Both the position numbers and the translations under genes were made by a program. This document shows, piece by piece, positions 62,201-64,000 of a stretch of DNA of 64,000 bases. Each line of letters opens with the position of its first letter. Position 1 is the first letter of the stretch. Below the pieces are notes generated by a model that saw nothing but the letters and a program-made list of their open reading frames with translations, was not told the DNA's origin and did no database searches. This DNA is from Macrostomum hystrix (taxonomy: Eukaryota > Animalia > Platyhelminthes), in the NCBI GenBank assembly GCA_950097015.1, contig CATNEN010000038.1:34286001-34350000 (forward strand), in the 5' to 3' direction.

Positions 62201-64000
62201 CGACTGGTACGTCAAGGCCGTACCCGGTACTGTGCTACAGGTGGTATTCGAATGGCTGGATAGGTACAGCCGGGCCGAATATCTGTCACCCAAGATGCTC
62301 TATCATATGCTAAGCTACTTGGACACTGCCGTGCCTTACGCGCACACCTGGCGTTATATTAAGCCGCACATGCAGGAGGTCATTGCCAGAGTCTGCTTTC
62401 CTTTGTTGTGTCACAGCGACTCAGATGCCGAATTGTGGGAATCCGATCCTGTTGAGTATGTCAAGGTGAGCCGCCTTGTGTTTGTTAATTTTTTTGTCTA
62501 ACAATTATGCAAGTGTAGTGGCTGAGACTGCTGGCAGGATAATGGCCAGGGGCTGGAAGTACAAGACGACAGCTCGGAGTATAATGAACTGAATCGCTGG
62601 TACGATAAGAAATAGAAGCACTCGAACGATAAGAAATAGAAGCACTTAAACGATAAGAAATAGAAGCACTCGAACGATAAGAAATAGAAGCACTCGAACG
62701 ATAAGAAATAGAAGCACTCGAACGATAAGAAATAGAAAAACTTAAACGATAAGAAAAAGAAGCACTTAAACGATAAGAAATAGAAGGATAATCAATGGAA
62801 GCGCTCATAGGATAAACATTTGAAGCACTCATAGGATAAACATTGGAAGCACTCATAGGACAAACAATGGAAGTGCTCATAGGATAAACAATAGAAGCGC
62901 TCATAGGATAAACAATGGAAGCGCTCATAGGATAAACATTTGAAGCACTCATAGGATAAACATTGGAAGCACTCATAGGACAAACAATGGAAGTGCTCAT
63001 AGGATAAACAATAGAAGCGCTCATAGGATAAACAATGGAAGCGCTCATAGGATAAACATTGGAAGCACTCATATGATAAACAATGGAAGCGCTCATAGGA
63101 TAAACAATGGAAGCACTCATAGGATAAACAATGGAAGCGCTCATAGGATAAACAATGGAAGCGCTCATAGGATAAACAATGGAAGCGCTCATAGGATAAA
63201 CAATGGAAGCGCTCATAGGATAAACAATGGAAGCGCTCATAGGATAAACAATGGAAGCGCTCATAGGATAAACAATGGAAGCGCTCATAGGATAAACAAT
63301 GGAAGCGCTCATAGGATAAACAATGGAAGCGCTCATAGGATAAACAATGGAAGCGCTCATAGGATAAACAATGGAAGCACTCATAGTATAAACAATGGAA
63401 GCGCTCATAGGATAAACAATGGAAGCACTCATAGGATAAACAATGGAAGCACTCATTGTATAAACAATAGAAGCGCTCATAGGATAAACATTGGAAGCAC
63501 TCATTGTATAAACAATGGAAGCGCTCATAGGATAAACATTGGAAGCACTCATAGGATAAACAATGGAAGCGCTCATAGGATAAACAGTGGAAGCACTCAT
63601 AGGATAAAAAGTGGAGGCACTCATAGGATAAACAATGGAAGCGCTCATAGGATAAACAATGGAAGCACTCATTGGATAAACAATGGAAGCACTCATTGGA
63701 TAAACAATGGAAGCACTCATTGGATAAAAAATGGAAACGCTTGGAGGATAAATAATTGAAAACTTAGAGGACAATAGATGTTAACACTCGACAGTAACAC
63801 TAGCACTAACAGTCGGGGTATAATAAATTGGAGAACTCAGAGCCTCACCAAATATATTCATATAGAAGAAATAAATATATTCATGTATACAATAATGCAT
63901 ATAATATATACATGCTAATCCAGTTTAACGCATTTCAACTTCACACCCGCCCGACTCAGGTGAAATTCGATGTTTTCGAAGAGTTCAGCAGCCCGACACT
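59265..64000 (+). CDS. IPO7: Importin-7/8 (Moleskin/Nmd5-like), 5' part; join(59265..59654,60576..60836,61021..61218,62142..62465,63960..>64000)
   Basis: IBN_N motif RQAGAIYLKN, DFPARW, DERPELCWWKAKKWA, DAELWESDPVEYVK|VKFDVFEEFSSPT matching importin-7. All junctions phase 0 GT-AG; gene runs off the window. Confidence 0.92.
59759..60095 (+). mobile_element. tRNA-derived SINE, copy 2 (importin intron 1)
   Basis: Aligns to the reverse complement of 4463-4821 (e.g. CCTGTGTGAGCGTGTGCCTGCGTACAGTATCTGTGTG, GCAGCCCTCCTGCAATTA); A box intact, B box mutated. Confidence 0.9.
61330..61965. repeat. 42-bp minisatellite AAAACCGTCAGATCCCTGCTTTTCAATCCCTTCATCTCTGTT in importin intron 3
   Basis: About 15 copies. 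Confidence 0.95.
62600..63750. repeat. 24-bp minisatellite (AACGATAAGAAATAGAAGCACTCG grading into AGGATAAACAATGGAAGCGCTCAT) in importin intron 4
   Basis: About 47 copies; two related variants in sequence. Confidence 0.95.

Overview
Intron-rich animal (invertebrate) genomic DNA, not prokaryotic. The style (GC-rich exons, 15-42 bp minisatellites everywhere) resembles a Macrostomum-like free-living flatworm, but that assignment is inference only. Six spliced protein-coding genes can be reconstructed with phase-consistent splice sites: a TRAF-like RING/zinc-finger protein without a MATH domain (-), PRXL2C/AAED1 (-), a GH47 Golgi alpha-1,2-mannosidase (MAN1A-like, +), a SEC14L2-like CRAL-TRIO/GOLD protein (+), an orphan-domain/4xEGF/TSP1 type I membrane protein (+), and the 5' part of importin-7/8 (+). 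Mobile DNA comprises a rearranged Ty3/Gypsy element with an intact 5-bp TSD, an LTR+PBS remnant, an RTE-like LINE fragment, two copies of a tRNA-derived SINE, and two MITE-like elements. The dominant feature is about 25 different tandem arrays, roughly 40% of the window. Many fill introns almost from donor to acceptor, each with its own unit, and the units are enriched for a TGAC/GTCA core and short palindromes. All coordinates and counts were derived by hand.
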